Translations under genes and position numbers: made by a program
Notes under the pieces: generated by a model
The model's input: the letters and a program-made list of their open reading frames with translations, nothing else
Database searches by the model: none
Told to the model about the DNA's origin: nothing
DNA from: Adineta vaga
Taxonomy: Eukaryota; Animalia; Rotifera
Direction: 5' to 3'
DNA: 64,000 nucleotides
Assembly: GCA_021613535.1 (NCBI GenBank)
Contig: CP075495.1
Location: 6,262,001 to 6,326,000 of the forward strand
In this document: positions 1 through 15,073 of the stretch, one piece after another
Layout: each line of letters begins with the position of its first letter
How positions within the stretch are numbered: position 1 is the first letter of the stretch

Positions 1-35
1 GATTGATTGAATTAAAATACATTTCAATCTTCTAG

Positions 36-2276
36 CATGAAATTATATTTCCAGTGACAATTGAACCTGAAATGTGCAATACAATTCCAAATATTTGTGA
101 ATTTTATCGTCCTATACGTAAATATATTTATTCGATTTTATTTGATAATGATACGATTATACGCGAACAAGTTTATAATAGCGAACATGGATCTTATTTA
201 ACTGAAGTATTATGTGAACAATTATCATTAAAACATACGATTGAACAACTTTGGTTTGGTACAAGTCCGGATGAAGATCGACAAATACGAATGAAAACAT
301 TTTTACAATCATTATCTTATTGTGATTTACCAAAGATTTATTCCATTGCTCATGATTATCTTCTTTTTACTTGTATATTACGTTATATCTATATGGAATT
401 CTTTCGTTATTCATCAACATCAGCTATTTTACATACGTATGAACTGATTGCATTTATTTCTCAAGCTGTTCTTATTACAGAATTACAACCAAAACCATTA
501 ATGAATTTACAATCAACAAATTTTTTAAATCAATATGATCATATACAAATCACAAATTATGAAACTCGACCAATTCAATTAGCACATCTATTTATGCGAG
601 GTTTAGAAACAGTTCTCTTTGCAAATGAAGTATGTGGTGCACCAATTCATCCGAAATATTCTTGTCCATCACATTTTTTCAATGGAAAATTATTTCATCA
701 AAAATATGTACAAGCACAATATTATCAACAAAATCAAGATTTAGTAATGATATTATGTGATGGAAATGTGAGGGAAAGAGCTTGTTTACATTTTTGAATT
801 GTATTAAAAACAATACTTATCGTCGTCTTTTTTTAGGCACATTGTGCTCAAATTGTCTCATATTTACTCGATATCGTACTCGATCGAGCACCGGATGATA
901 CTATTCATCATACTCCCATGCAACAGCAACAGTATCAGCATCCTATAGTTCCACAACAACATCAACAGCAACGGGTTACAAAAAATCAAACTCGACAAAC
1001 TCTTCTAGCAAATTCAATACGTCCGCCTATGCGTACGAATGTTAAACAGTTGATAACAAATAATGGTTATAATCAACAACAAACACCTGTTACAAATTAT
1101 CGTTCACAACAGCAACAACAACAACAACCACCACCACTACCGGTGAAACAAGCTGGTCAAATGAGAAATGGCGGAATAAAAAAAATTAATAACGGTAATT
1201 TATACTTCTTTTTCTCAAAACTACTTTTGAAATTAAATGAATCGTTTTATAATCTCTATTTTAGCTACACCATTCAATACAAAAACTCATCAACAATCAA
1301 GAAAATTTCATCCTCGTACACCAACAAATATGAACTTTGTTAATCAATCACAGCAAAATTCATTCCCTGTTGAGCAATGGACTACTTCTACACCATCTGC
1401 AATGCCTTCTAATCATTTACCCATGCAAACTCAACATCATCAATCTCATGCAATCAACAATATACCATCCATGCCTCTTCAACATCAACAATCACTCAAT
1501 AATAAGTAAGAAATGATCTTTACATATATTTCATCTCATCGATTCTGGTGTAGAATAACTAATACATTTGATAATTTAGTTATATTAATCCTCTTGATGA
1601 ACAATTTGTGCATCTTCAAATTCATCCATCAACTATTATGACGACACCAACACCAATGCCATATCCTCATCCAACTGCAATGCTCAATCCTCATATACCA
1701 ATGACTCCATACAATCATCTTCAACATCAACCTGTATATACTATTCCTAATGGACCATTATTCTATCAATCATCACCTTCAACAGCACTTACTTCATTTC
1801 AACCACCTCTAACAACACCTTACCATCCTCCTCCACCTCCTCCTCCTCATCCAATGTTACCCGGTCATCCACCACATGCACCAGTGGCCTCCCAACGAAC
1901 AGTTAATTTTACTACAATAGTTCCAACGAATAATAATATAAATAATTATTCCCAACAATCTCAACGTCTTTCTCCAACATCAATTCAAAGTCAAGAAATG
2001 AATATTCAGGAATTACAACAACGTATGATTGAACAACAAAAACATCAGCCAACACCGATAGCAATTCATCGACAAATGAATCGAATGATTACCAATGATT
2101 ATGCTCCGTAAGTGCATGAATGTTTCTGTCTCTTCAAATCAAAATTTTCTTATTTTCTTGTTTTTAGCTATGATATTCATCAATCAATATCAAATAATGG
2201 TATGCCAATGTCCATGCAATCATGCCATCATCCGTCCATGTTTATCGAATATCAGCAACGACTTCATGGTCATTAA
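36..2276 (+). CDS. FAM120-family protein, 3' part (multi-exon, 5' end outside window), Q/P/H-rich tail
   Basis: Motifs RPIRKYIYSILF and AHLFMRGLETVLFANEVCGAP..FFNGKLFHQKY resemble FAM120A/B/C. Acceptor at 35/36; GT-AG introns link ORFs 54, 918, 1237 and 1608; last exon 2168-2276 ends TAA. Confidence 0.75.
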
Positions 2277-2585
2277 AAAGCAACAATATCAACAGCAACA
2301 AAAAACGTTTTACTTATTTAACAGTGTGTGAAATATTCTTTAAAAAAAACAACCCAATATTCTTAATGATGATTTTCTAGTTAGATATGTAAATTCATAG
2401 ATTAGGCATGCTGGTGTGATATGCTCACACACGCTAAAAATATTCAGATTTTCTTTTCTTTTTTCAATACATTTTTTTTCTAGTGCTGTTTATTGAAAGA
2501 AAGCCATTCGAGATTTATTCTATATGACGTTAAATAATAAAGGAGTTTCAAAAATCGTCTATGCATTCATTTGTATGTTTTTAAG

Positions 2586-3840
2586 ATGATCTATTTATTT
2601 TTAACGCGTTCAATAACTTGGCCATTGAATATATTTGGATTGAATAACAATCAAAAGCAAATTTCAATTCTGGATGATGAATATCAGAAGAAAAAGAATC
2701 TTGATGAATCACCGCCATTAATTTCGAATAGAGATCTTCAAACGCAAAGTAATTTGTCGAAAAATATGGATGAAACAAAATCATTAATTGAAACAGATAA
2801 AATTTCCACTCTTCCATCACCGAAAGTTCTATCAATCTTAGGAAAACATTATTTGACGAGAGAAGATCTGGAAAATTTAATACAAGCCAGATTTAAACAA
2901 GAAACACCGCGTGATCGTGTAGAACGATTTCTTTGGAAAGAGTAAGAATTATAGTTTTTTTATTCTTTTGAATCTTTTTCAAACATTTTACTGAGATTAA
3001 AACATTGTGTTTTAGTGAATTAGGTAAATATCCAATCTATGCAAGTCATAAAGATTGGCAATGTTGTGCTGTTGCTGTAAGTCTTGGTTGTGTATTTGGA
3101 TACAATCGTAAAGAAGAAATGAAACCTGTTTATATACGACAAACATCTATGCTAAAATTTCAAGATCGTCTAACGGCTGAGGTGAGGAGGTGAGCTATGC
3201 TCTATTAACCAAAGTTTATATATGTTTCTTTTCATATTATTCTAGAGAGCTTATCGACAATTTAATGTAGTTATGTTCATGAAAGAAACTTATAGAGTTG
3301 CATTTCTTATTCTTTTTATTACGGAAACAATTATGTGAGCGTTCTTCTACGATGAAATGAAAACATAATTATATGATTGATTGTAGGACCAGTCAATCTG
3401 CGATTCAAGCGTATCGAAATAAATCAACGATATACGATTGTATACCGGGTGCTGCACTCGTTGGATTTTCATTCAAAATGTTTCATAGTCCATTGGCAGC
3501 AGTTGTCTCCACGATACAAGGTGGTGTAATGGGGTAAATATTTTCAACACACTTATGAAATGGACGATTTTTATATTTCGTTTGTAGTTTTCTCTATGGT
3601 TTTATTCATAATGTTGCTTGTCGATTAATCAATCGTACTTATGAAGATTTACATTATGAACAAGTAATGCGATGGATTCTACATCGAGAGTAAGATTGAA
3701 TTAGATCTTCTTTTCTTTATTCGATGAGAATTTAATTTAGAAATGCCGAATTATGGAGTGCTAATCTAGATGAATTACCACCGGATTATGTTCCACCCGG
3801 ACCCGAACGAACATGGGGTCTTGGATGGTTTAAAACATAG
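2586..3840 (+). CDS. Tim17/22/23-family membrane protein, TIMMDC1-like (complex I assembly factor), multi-exon
   Basis: Spliced product contains DRVERFLWKE..SLGCVFGY..AIQAYRNKSTIYDCIPGAALVGFSFKM..QGGVMGFLYG with Gly-rich TM helices; canonical short introns; stop TAG at 3838-3840. Confidence 0.6.
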
Positions 3841-3985
3841 AGTGATGTTTTCATGTTTTTGTTTTTATTTATGTAACAAATATATTCGATTTGTTATGAT
3901 AAAATTTCTATATATAAAACCATTAAAAAAATTATATAAATTTTAGATTATTCTTTTCAATTGAACTTTACTTACAAAAACTGTC

Positions 3986-5278
3986 ATGCACTATTTCAAT
4001 GATTATCTTGAATGTAAAACTATGATATATATTTATTTATCAAATGAAAAATGTTCTTGTTCTTCTGATTTAATTTAGTACTTGAACCATTACGTGAAAT
4101 AATGAGAGAAAAACTTACCTTAATGCGTGAAAAAGATCTAAAATTACAAGTCGAATTTACTCAATTAGAAGATGATTTTTCCGGATTTTTGAATAACTAT
4201 CGTCTTTATCAAAAACAATCATCGCTTTCACCAACAAAATCAAAAATTCAAACACGTCCTTCAACAACAACTCCGAACGATCAATCATCTCAATTAACAT
4301 CCGAACAATTAGCTGCTCAACAGCAAAAACAAATGGAATACGATAAACTTATTGAAAGACATGAACAATTACTTGAAATGACAGCATCAAAAGTTGCTCT
4401 TGCGAATGATTCACATGAGTTTGTCGAGCGATATCATAAAAAACTTGAGAATGATTTACATAAATTTAAAATGGAACTTGAAGCGGATTATTCCGGTTTA
4501 ACAGAAATATTAGAACGACGTAAGAATCAATACAAAAAAGATAGTTTCTTTTTACTTTCACAACACTTCACTTTTAGGTTTTGCTAATGAAGCCTATAAT
4601 GAATATGATGACAAATTATATGAGAATGGTAAAAAAAACTGTGCTATAGAAAAAGTACAATAATAAGAGTTTTTGCCTTTATATTCTACTATAGGTATTC
4701 TCGATCCATCGTCACTACTATATGCAGAACCGTTGTTTGATCCATTTGATGATTTAGCCTCATCAAAATCTCTAACAGATGATTATAATGATCAGTTGTC
4801 GTTAAATTATTTATCATCGATGAATCGTAAATCACAACAACGTCTTCATTCATCGATTTCAGCTCGAGGTCGAAAACGTTTACAAAGTGCTACATCAATA
4901 AATCATACTGATAAACGTAAACGAAATGTTCTCAATGATTCTCAACATGATAACGATGAATTATCTATAAATCATTATTTGAATTTAAAAAGTTCATCAT
5001 TTGATGATGATAGTTGTGCCGATATTGATCCAACAAATGTTTTATTAAATTTAAATGAAAAAACAACAGGCACGACTGATGAACGTCGATATTGTTTTTG
5101 TAATCAAATTAGTTATGGTGATATGATTGCATGTGATAATTCCGCATGTCGTCGAGAATGGTTTCATTATACATGTGTAGGAATTGTTACACCTCCGAAA
5201 GGAAAATGGTTTTGTATTGAATGTAGTCAGTTATCGCAGCAGCAGCAACAACAACAACAACAAAATATTCATAAATAA
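3986..5278 (+). CDS. ING3: Inhibitor of growth protein (ING N-terminal domain + PHD finger), ING3 type
   Basis: MHYFNDYLE start; [19 protein letters not shown] (ING3-type motif); C-terminal [44 protein letters not shown]. Confidence 0.88.
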
Positions 5279-5809
5279 ACTAGTCATATGATTTCTTTTT
5301 TGTGTTGTTTGTTATTCATGTTTGTATATAAAAATCTATGCATTTATCGATTCAGACCATTAAATTGAAATTAACGGAAAATCATCTACGATATTCTCTA
5401 TAATTGAAGATAATAAGCTGATAGATAAACATTGTTTCGCATTGACATGAAAGTTGCAATTGATTTGTACGTGAAATAGAGAACACAATTTGTTTGATTG
5501 TTCAGTGCAGTACTTGGATATTACATCTTATAATTTTGACAAGTTCGATAGATGTCGTATTTGGAGAAATACATTTTTTCTAGAAAAATTTCCAATTTTC
5601 ATTATTTATATAAAATAAAAAATATTATGTTAGAGATGTTTAATAGAGATGAAAAATATTTCATATATAATCCCATCAGTTGCCATGGAAAGTTCAATAA
5701 TGAACGTTGGTATGTCCGATCGAAACAATAATATAAAAAAGAACCCTTCACTATCACTAACACATGAATGATTAACCAAATTGTGGAATAATCATCATTT
5801 CATTTCTTC

Positions 5810-8800
5810 ATGGAAGACGACAATCTCATTCTTCTTCTGAATACAACTAAATCAGAATCGACGACTCCAATTCAACAAAAACGTGAACCATTAGTAGAAA
5901 TAGCAGAAAATGATGATCATGATTCCGTTGTCACTATGACATGTTTGAATGATCGCATTCCATCAGTACCACCAAATAGTTCTAAACGTCATTTTGATGA
6001 CATTAAATTGATTCGACCGTCATCAGCCACAAGTCAAAGTTCACGTTCAAAACGACAAGAAAAAGTTATTAACTATGCACCTCATTTAACATCGGGTGGA
6101 AATCGAAATTCAACCGATAATTTAATTCAATCTTCTATTGATGTTACTTTATCATCCAATTCATCTCGTGATGAATTGCAACATAATCAACGGCAACAAC
6201 AACGACCGCCTATACTTCCTGAAGAAGAACTTGCTATTGTTACTATTGTTGGTGTTGAAGATAATGGAGAACGAGAAAATGAAAATTCGATTGATATGAG
6301 TAAGTGATTCTAATATAGTCTATATAGAATCAGTTCAAAGAAAAAATTCTTTTAGATGATCTATTATCAACTCCCTATACTCCATCACAACCAGTAGTTC
6401 CATCTCAAGTTCATTCAACTCCTGATGTTCAAATTTCACGTTTCGATAAAGATCCGACCACATCTAAAGCTGCTTTTGCTCGTTCTCAATTAGCTAAACG
6501 TTTTTCCATCAATCAAGCTCAACAACGGCATATTCCTATTCAATCACTTTCAAATACTACCAACAATGATTGTCCATCAACAAATGATCAACAACAAACA
6601 GCTACATCTCTTGCTGCAACATTGGCTGCTTCGGTAGCTGTTTCAGTTGCTCAACCGTTTCTTAAATTACAAAATGAATTGGAACAGAAAATGAATACTG
6701 TTTTAGATCAAATTCATCAACAACAACAAAGAGCGCATACTAGTGGAGTTGTTGTTCCTGTGACAACAGTACAACAACCAAATGAATCAAATAACTTACT
6801 TAATGATTGTGTTGATACACGAATGAAATATATGGAAAAAGTACAAGTACAACAACACCATATGTTGAAACAACTTGTCGGTCTTGTACAAACAACAAAA
6901 CCAAAATCGAAATCACCTGTTTATGAACATAGAACAGCTCAATTAGAATCCGATTCACCACAACGTCATTTTCTTGATACACTTGTTGGAACATCATCTC
7001 CACCTGTTCGTCTAACGAAATCACATAAAAAACATCAGACACACAAGAAAACAAGTATATCGCCATCATCATCATCACCAAATAAACGTCCAAGTCGTGT
7101 CACCGGTACTAATGCACGTACAGGTAAAAGTCGATCGCCAGTTACATTCAAAAAACCACCACCGAACAATCGTTTCAATGTTGAATCATCATTATTACCA
7201 TATGGTTGTTCAGTTTGTGATCGATCACGGTCACGTTCTCGATCACGTTCACCAGCAAAAGGTCTTTCACCTGATTCATCCTATCCTCGTCCATACGTTC
7301 CAGTTCCTCGACCACCATCAATAATGTCCGATGGGTTTATTCCATCTTCAACTACATTGATAACTGGCAATGCCTTGCATGATGCATATCCACCATTTGA
7401 TAGATATTTAAATAATTCTATGCCACCTTCACCACTTCAACCTAAACCAACTCGACCAATAAATGATAATCTTGATTTACATGAACGTATAAAACAAATT
7501 GATGAAGCTAAACAATTATTAGATGAAAACTATTTTACATTGCAAAGACGTAAACATGATGTTACTGCTCTAGAATCTACAACCAATGAATCATTACGTG
7601 TGCAACGTCTTGTCGAACAATGTGTAAAGCAAGTAACACGACAAGTACGTGAAGAGGTTCAACAAAAACTTGAACAAGATGAAATACAAAATGAACAGCC
7701 AAAATTAAAACAAATCACGAGAACAAAGAAAAAACCGACATCAAGTACACAATTAGCTTTTGAACGTCATTCAACATCTCGTGCAGGTCAACAAACAAAT
7801 TCAACAGTTGATTCGACAACATCAGGAAAACCGTACAGTGATGTCTTCATGGAAGCAGTTTATGGACGCTCATTGTATCAAAAAATTAAAAAAGAAGGTA
7901 AACAACCATATTTTAAATTAAAAAATAAAACCGTTCAACAACCGAAACAACCAAAACAGATCGAACAAATACCTGTTCGAGATACTGGTTTAGTAAGTAT
8001 ATGGAATTCTTCATTTTGTTTTGAAAATAATTGAATCTAATTTATAGAAACCTTCACCACGTACAATCGTTCCTCCTCGTCGTATTACGGAACAACCAAC
8101 AATAATACATGCTCCTGTTCCTCCTCCACCTCAACCTGTCTATGAACCAAAATATTACACTCGTCCAGATGGCGTGATTCTTCTTGGTCCACCACAAATT
8201 CGTGATACACGTACTTTTCAACCAACATATATGCCATCTACAACTAAATTAACACCGCATGTTTTACCAAGTGTTGATGTTGATCCATCAGCAACAAAGG
8301 TTCGTTTTGGTAATAGAACTGAATCGATTAGATTTGGCTTAGATGATAATGAAAATGATGAAGATGAAGATGACGATGATGGGCATGGTATTGAAATTCC
8401 TGGTTATCACGGATCCCGAGATGATCATCAACAATCATATGATGGTCCAAAATTTCCTCCAACAATTCCTCATGATGCAGGTTATTGTAATCGACAATAT
8501 GATACACTACAATCAGGTGCAATCGATTGGTTAGAACAAGAATTAATTGCTCGTTTTATGAGTCAATTACAAAACCAACAAACAACTATATCCGTTCGAC
8601 AACATCATGATGTAGTTAGTGCACGTTCATCGACAAGTACAAGTAGCGATGATCGAAGTATCCATGATCGGTTACTTGATTTACTTGGTCGCGATGGCTT
8701 TCAATTATTTATTGATATGGGACAACCAATCGATCAAGATTTAATTCAAGCATTGACACGTGAAGTACTTGAAGAACGTATTACACAAATGATTGGCTTT

Positions 8801-9941
8801 CGATCACCAAGAGAAAGTATTCATGTTGTACAACCACCACCTGCTCCTCCTCCGCGTACAATAACACCAACAACGACAACATCCATACCTGACCATCATC
8901 ATCAGCACCAACAGCATTATCAATGGCCACAAGATACTAGTGTACCAACACCACAACCAACTCCACCACATTCACCACCACCTCCGACCCAACGTCCACG
9001 AGTTGTAACACCCGAAATCACAGGTAAAAATACTCTCAATTTGAATGAATTAAAATATTTTAGAAAATATTTTTCTATCAAATAATTTAGCTCAAGAACT
9101 GTCATCCGAAAGTGAACCGACTACACCACGTTCAGTTACACCACGCGAAGATACTGATCGTCCTCTACCAACTGTATTTCATCATAGTATTGGTACACCG
9201 GAGCCAAGTGATAGTCCATCACCACCGTCGACTCCACGTATACCACAACCACCCATTATTCTACCTCCTCGAATACCAACGCCGCCACCAGTTATTGAAA
9301 AACGTGATGCAAGCACAATGGCAACTATGGAACTTCCTCCACCTCCGCCTCCTGTTATTATTCCCACGCCACCACCACCACCACGACGACAACCTTCACC
9401 ACCAAAACCAAGAACACCTTCGCCAGTATCATCAACATCGTCTTCATCATCATCATCATCAGCAAGTTCAACTAGTTTATCAACATTTTCCATTCCATAT
9501 TCGCCCACCGATAGTTCATTGAGCGATCATCGATGGTTTGATCACAGAAGTGAAGGTGAAGTTGATTTACTTTCTCGCGAACGTCCACAAACTGATCTTA
9601 TTATGAGACAAGTACAACGCATATTGGATGAACGACGTCGTTATTCTTCGGTTACACCAGTTGGTATGAGTTCAATTACACCTCCATTTTCTCCAGCTGG
9701 TGGTACTCATACATTATCTATTGGTGAAGTTCCTCCTCAATTTCCAGGTTCAACTCCTTTTCAACAAACCGACAATGGACATACAACTCCATCAGGATCT
9801 GATGAAAGCAATAATTCGGGTAAAAGTGAAGGCGAAGTAACTTCAAGTATGATGATGATGCATCAACAACCACAATCGATACATATTAAGTATCGTAAAC
9901 CATCTCAGGGTTTTCTAGGAAAAAAAAATAATCGAAAATAA
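5810..9941 (+). CDS. TALPID3/KIAA0586-like centriolar/ciliogenesis protein, multi-exon; 3' end uncertain
   Basis: AASVAVSVAQPFLKLQNELEQKMN, WLEQELIARF, QLFIDMGQPIDQDLIQALTREVLEE and repeated SEGE motifs match blocks I recall from TALPID3; Pro-rich VPTPQPTPP segments. Confidence 0.65.
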
Positions 9942-10264
9942 ACTTTATTTACTTTTTTTAATATTATACATACCTTTGCACACAAATGATTTTCAACGCG
10001 TAGTATTTCTTATTATTAATATTCATATGCTTATAGACTGGGAGAAACTTGTGTCTTGTTCAAAAAATATTCATTTAGAATGGTTTTCTTTCTAAAATAA
10101 AAGAACTTTTCTTTTTTTTTCACACAAGATTTTAAGTTCGATTGGTCAATAATTTTTGGAATTGAATCTTATACATAAATTAATCATTTATTAATTCAAT
10201 TGAAATCTATACTGAATATATATATATATATAAAGAAAAAATTCTATTTTTTGACTATTCTTTA

Positions 10265-11465
10265 TCATTCATTATCATTGATATATTTGATTGTTGCATC
10301 GGCATTCCCATGTTTTGCTTTATGTGTATCAAATAAACGTCTTAGTGCATCCATATATTGTCCATGATATTTATCAATAATTTCCGGAGTAAGTTGATTA
10401 ACATCTAATTTCGGTAGTTCAATAGGTTCCCCGACATACGTATCAATAGTATGACGATTTGGCATAAATCCAATAGCATATTGAAATATACCACGTCCTT
10501 TAAAGAATGGCGTTGCATAACCTAAACGTTTTTGTATTTTTATTTGCATTTGTCGTAGTTTTGAACCAAATGGATTAGCCATTTGATCATAGAGATCATT
10601 TTCACCGAAAGAAAAAACGGGAACAAGACTTGCACCATTTACTAAACCTATTTTAACAAAACCTTTCCGATTTTTCAAGGTTAAAATATATTCATTTGAT
10701 GGCCGAGCATCTAAGGATTCTTTTGCACCACCTAAAACTAGCATAATACTATTTCCATAGCTTTTTTCTAAAATATAATTGCACGATTCTTTTGAAGCAT
10801 CACAGAGACCCATCATAGATAGATATATTCCATAAAATGGTATACGAAAGTTCACTTTTAAAGTCAGTAAACGAAGATTAATACCAGGAAATTTGTTTTC
10901 GAATCCTGTTGCTTCAGTAGCAAAATTACAGAAAGCACCTAATGAAATAATTCCATGTGGATGATAGCCAAATATATATGGACGATCAGCTGGTAAATCG
11001 CATGTTTTATGTAAATGAATGGGAAAATAATCTAAAGAAATAATACTAATTCATATCAAAGAAAGACAGCATGTTTTTTTCTCTACCCGCAAACCATTTC
11101 CACCAAGCTAATCGTCGAAGCCATTGTTGCTTGAAACCACCTTCTTGAGGAAATTTTTGAAAAAATCCCATCCATGTTAAATATACGATAAATGTACCGA
11201 CAACATACCAATTACGACTACGAAGAAGAAATAAGGATATACAAAGACATGTCCATGGCAGAAGAAACCAAACAAGTATTGTTAGAGTTTGTCGCCGACG
11301 ATATAGAGGAATATTTAATGGAGCAAATGTACGATTTACAGGTGATGGTGGTGCAATTATCATTGATTCAATAGCTAATTTTTCCTCTGGTGTTAACTCA
11401 GATTTTTCATTGTCAGACTCGTAAACTGGAGCCGATGACGTAGAGGGTATTACTTCTTCTGTCAT
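10265..11465 (-). CDS. Diacylglycerol/monoacylglycerol acyltransferase (DGAT2/MOGAT family); intron 11032-11086
   Basis: FAPLNIPLYRRRQT, DYFP, YIFGYHPHG, GGAKESL, RKGFVK and LVPVFSFGENDLY motifs. Confidence 0.92.
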
Positions 11466-12324
11466 GATTACACGCAATGAATGATATGAATAAATCAAAT
11501 GGACTATCTTTTTATATTCTACTTATCTTTTTATCAATTCTAATAGCTATCAAAAGAAATTATATAACCTTTTGTCTTTCGCTAAAAATAATCGTAGAAT
11601 GACCCTTGATATCAACACTGTGGCTTTTGTGAAAGTGTGTATTTAAAAAAACTACATAAGCGTGTTTTATTTGATAAGTTGAATTTTTTTTCTAGACTAT
11701 GGACTTTAAAAACTAATACAATGACTTTAAACTATAAAGGTGAAATACATGAATCATAAGTGAAAGTGTATTTCTTTTTCGTTCTCTTTCTTTCATTCTA
11801 TAGTCAATAGATTGTATACTCTTTATTTCGCAACGTGAGAAAAAAAAACAAGAATACAAAAGTTTCGACTGCAAAATAAAGACTACGTGTCAAAGAAATC
11901 TATTTTATATGATAAAATCAACGAATTTACTTGTTCTAGCTTCCTATATGATCGATAAAGATAGTTGTTTATAGTTCCTATATGTATATATATATATATA
12001 TCTGAGTAAAAGAAAAAGATGAATATATAATTGAATCTCAAAGTTTTTCTACCATTGAAATATTTTAATCCAAGATAAATAAAACTATAAACAAAACTTA
12101 TGATTATCGATATCGGCGAGCGTCACTATTGAATTTGATTTTATCATCTATTTTTCCATGTATCGCATGGTTGTCAACCCTTGATTATTAGTGATGGACA
12201 GAATAAAAAGAAAAGTGCGTACAGAAAATACAAGCATATATCGACAGAAACGGTAAGTGCGTACTAAATCAATCGGAAGGTCGAACATTAAATGCGTACA
12301 TAATAATAACAGATAAATGTATCG

Positions 12325-14756
12325 ATGATGGCAAAGAAGTTTGATCTGTTAATCGCTGAACTTTCAACATTTCCTTCAAATGATACCAATTTACAAGAAA
12401 TAACACGTATTTTTGTAAAACAAAATGCTGAATTAGAATCATCATTTATTTCTACATCATATCAAACAATACTGACTCTTGAACATTGGACATGGCAAAT
12501 GTTAAGCGTGAATTCTCCTCAATGGTTCCAAGAATCAACTTATTTAGATTTCTTTTATACATATGCATTATTTAATAAGAATTTAATTTTTCATTATGAC
12601 AATATTGATGCAAATATGAAAGCTTCTCTTATCATTCCTGATACAATTGAATGGATTACTGGTATATTTGAACAATTAAAAAATATCAATGATGAAAATA
12701 GTTTATATATAAGCATAGTTAGTATGTGGTTTGATAATCTTTCTTCATTTCTATTTGATAATCCTGAATATGAAACATCTGTTATTGTTAGTCATATCAA
12801 TCGATATATAGCACGTAATTATATTATGACTGATCAATATAAATATTATTTATCTCAACTTTCTCAATCATCAATATCGCAATCAATTTTTACAGCTAAA
12901 CAATTATTTTATATTAAAACATGTTCATTTTCTTTAGGTTCATATTTATTTGCTAAAACTCAAGATTTTATCTATACTGCCGAAGAAATAATTCGTCATT
13001 TTGGTTTCGATTACAAACAAATTCTTATTCTTCATACGTATACAATTGAATCATGGAGTTCTTCTCTACTGACTTGTATTACTCATTTACTTACTTTTTT
13101 TGTCTCTTGTTGTTGGTGGGGAGGAAAGAAAGGTTCACAAGTAAGAGTTGTCTTTAACAATGAAACAAGTGCTTGTGAATATATCGATGCACTTATTCGT
13201 ATTATTGAATATGAACCATTCCGACAATATCTTTCACCCCAACGATCAAATAATCAGACTATACTTCTCGATACAACTATGTTTTCACTTATTAATATTT
13301 CACAAAATCAAGAACTCATTTGGTTTTTACGTTCAAAATCTTCGTTACCAGATACATTAATAACAATTACTGAAACATCTGCATATGATAAAATTTGTTT
13401 ATGTATATATAGTGCTCTTGCTGAAATTTTAACCGATAAACGTTTGAAAGAATTAAAAATACCTGATTGTGCAAGTATTTATTTCTTCGATATTCTTGAA
13501 CATGTTTGGAATCATCCATTAAAAAAATATAAACAAATACCAATTGATTATATATTGAGAAGTAAGTATAACTTAATATTTATTTAGAATTTTTGATCAA
13601 TCGATGGGTATTTATTTTAGCTTTCATTAGTTTATCAAAAATCGATGCTATTCAACAGAAAACAGCAGATACTAATAAAGTTCCACTTTTGATTGAAATG
13701 TGTGATAAATATCCAGTTGTATTTGATATTTTATGGGCACTTTCATTTAATTGTGATATTCAACAGCAATTACGTTGTAATACATCATTTATGACAAGAT
13801 TAAATCATCTACCGAAGGAATACAATAATGAGCAAATGAGAAAAATTATACAAGGAATCTTATGGAATCTAGAATCTACTCACAAAGATCGAACAATATC
13901 GGATATAAATAATGAAAAAACCTTTGATATAATGATTAGTTATTCGCATAAGGATGAAATCATTTGTCGAAGAATATATGAAGAATTAATTAAAAATGGT
14001 TATCGTGTATGGATTGATTTTGATCAATTACATGGCAATGTCATGGATGCTATGGCACAAGCTATTGAAAGATCGAATAAAATTGTAATCTGTATGAGTG
14101 AAGAATATCGACGAAGTAATTATTGTCGAGCAGAAGCACATTATGCATTTCAACGACAATTAAAAATGGTACCTATTCTTTTGGAAGAACATTATCAACC
14201 GGATGGTTGGTTAGTGTTTTTAGTGGGTCAATTATTTTATATTGATTTTACTAAATATGAATTTTTACAAGCTCTAGAAATGTTAAACAAGGAACTGAAA
14301 GCTCCAATTATTACTGATATTGGATTATTACGTATTTGTTCGAGAGAAGATAATGATACTATGCTTTCAGTATCACCCTCAACTCTATCAAAAGTATCTC
14401 CATTATCAATACTTCCAGAGAATATACTCGAATGGAATTCTACACATGTACAAGATTGGATGATTAGTCATGGTTTATTGCAACTGAATCGATTATTTGT
14501 CAATTTTGATGGACAAAGTTTAGTATATATGTATGAATTTATTGAGAAACTTGATTCTAAACAAGTTATATCGTTATTACAAGAAGATTCTCTTCGACAA
14601 ACCAATGAAAATGTATCATTGGTTGAATTGTCTTATTTTCGATCTCTTATGAAACAACAAGCACAACCTTTGATATCTTCCATTACTCCTCGACGTACGA
14701 GACTTAATCTAAATAGATGGAAACAAAACCATTTTGTATGTTGTCAAATAATGTAA
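12325..14756 (+). CDS. TIR-domain protein, copy 1: helical/ARM-like N-terminus, TIR_2, SAM-like domain, C-terminal CaaX (CQIM); intron 13562-13620
   Basis: FDIMISYSHKD..GYRVWID..MAQAIERS..SNYCRAEAHYA (TIR_2); ILEWNSTHVQDWM (SAM-like); phase-1 GT-AG intron joins ORFs 12325 and 13593. Confidence 0.85.
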
Positions 14757-15073
14757 TATACATATCCATTGTTATGGAATACTAATCTTTTGAAATGAAA
14801 AATACAACGAATAAATTGTTTCTATTTGAAATAAGATCACCGTTCACTTTTCACATCTACTCAAGATTCTTAACAAAACTTCTATTGTTGAGAATAATAA
14901 TGCAGTAGGCAGTGTTCTATCTATATTGTCCTCATTCTCGTTAAGTCATTGTTATCAACAAGAGGAAAGAGAAAAAAAAGCATCCATTACTGTTTGCTAA
15001 TATTGTATTGTGCATAATGATAATCAATCAAAAAATACTTTACGTTATACATCGCATTCGTATCTTTCAACCA

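Noticed and set aside
6800-9522. Overlapping antisense/alternate-frame ORFs (Gly-rich 9182-9508, His-rich 9112-9522 etc.)
   Set aside because: Shadows of Pro/Ser-rich codons in the TALPID3-like gene.
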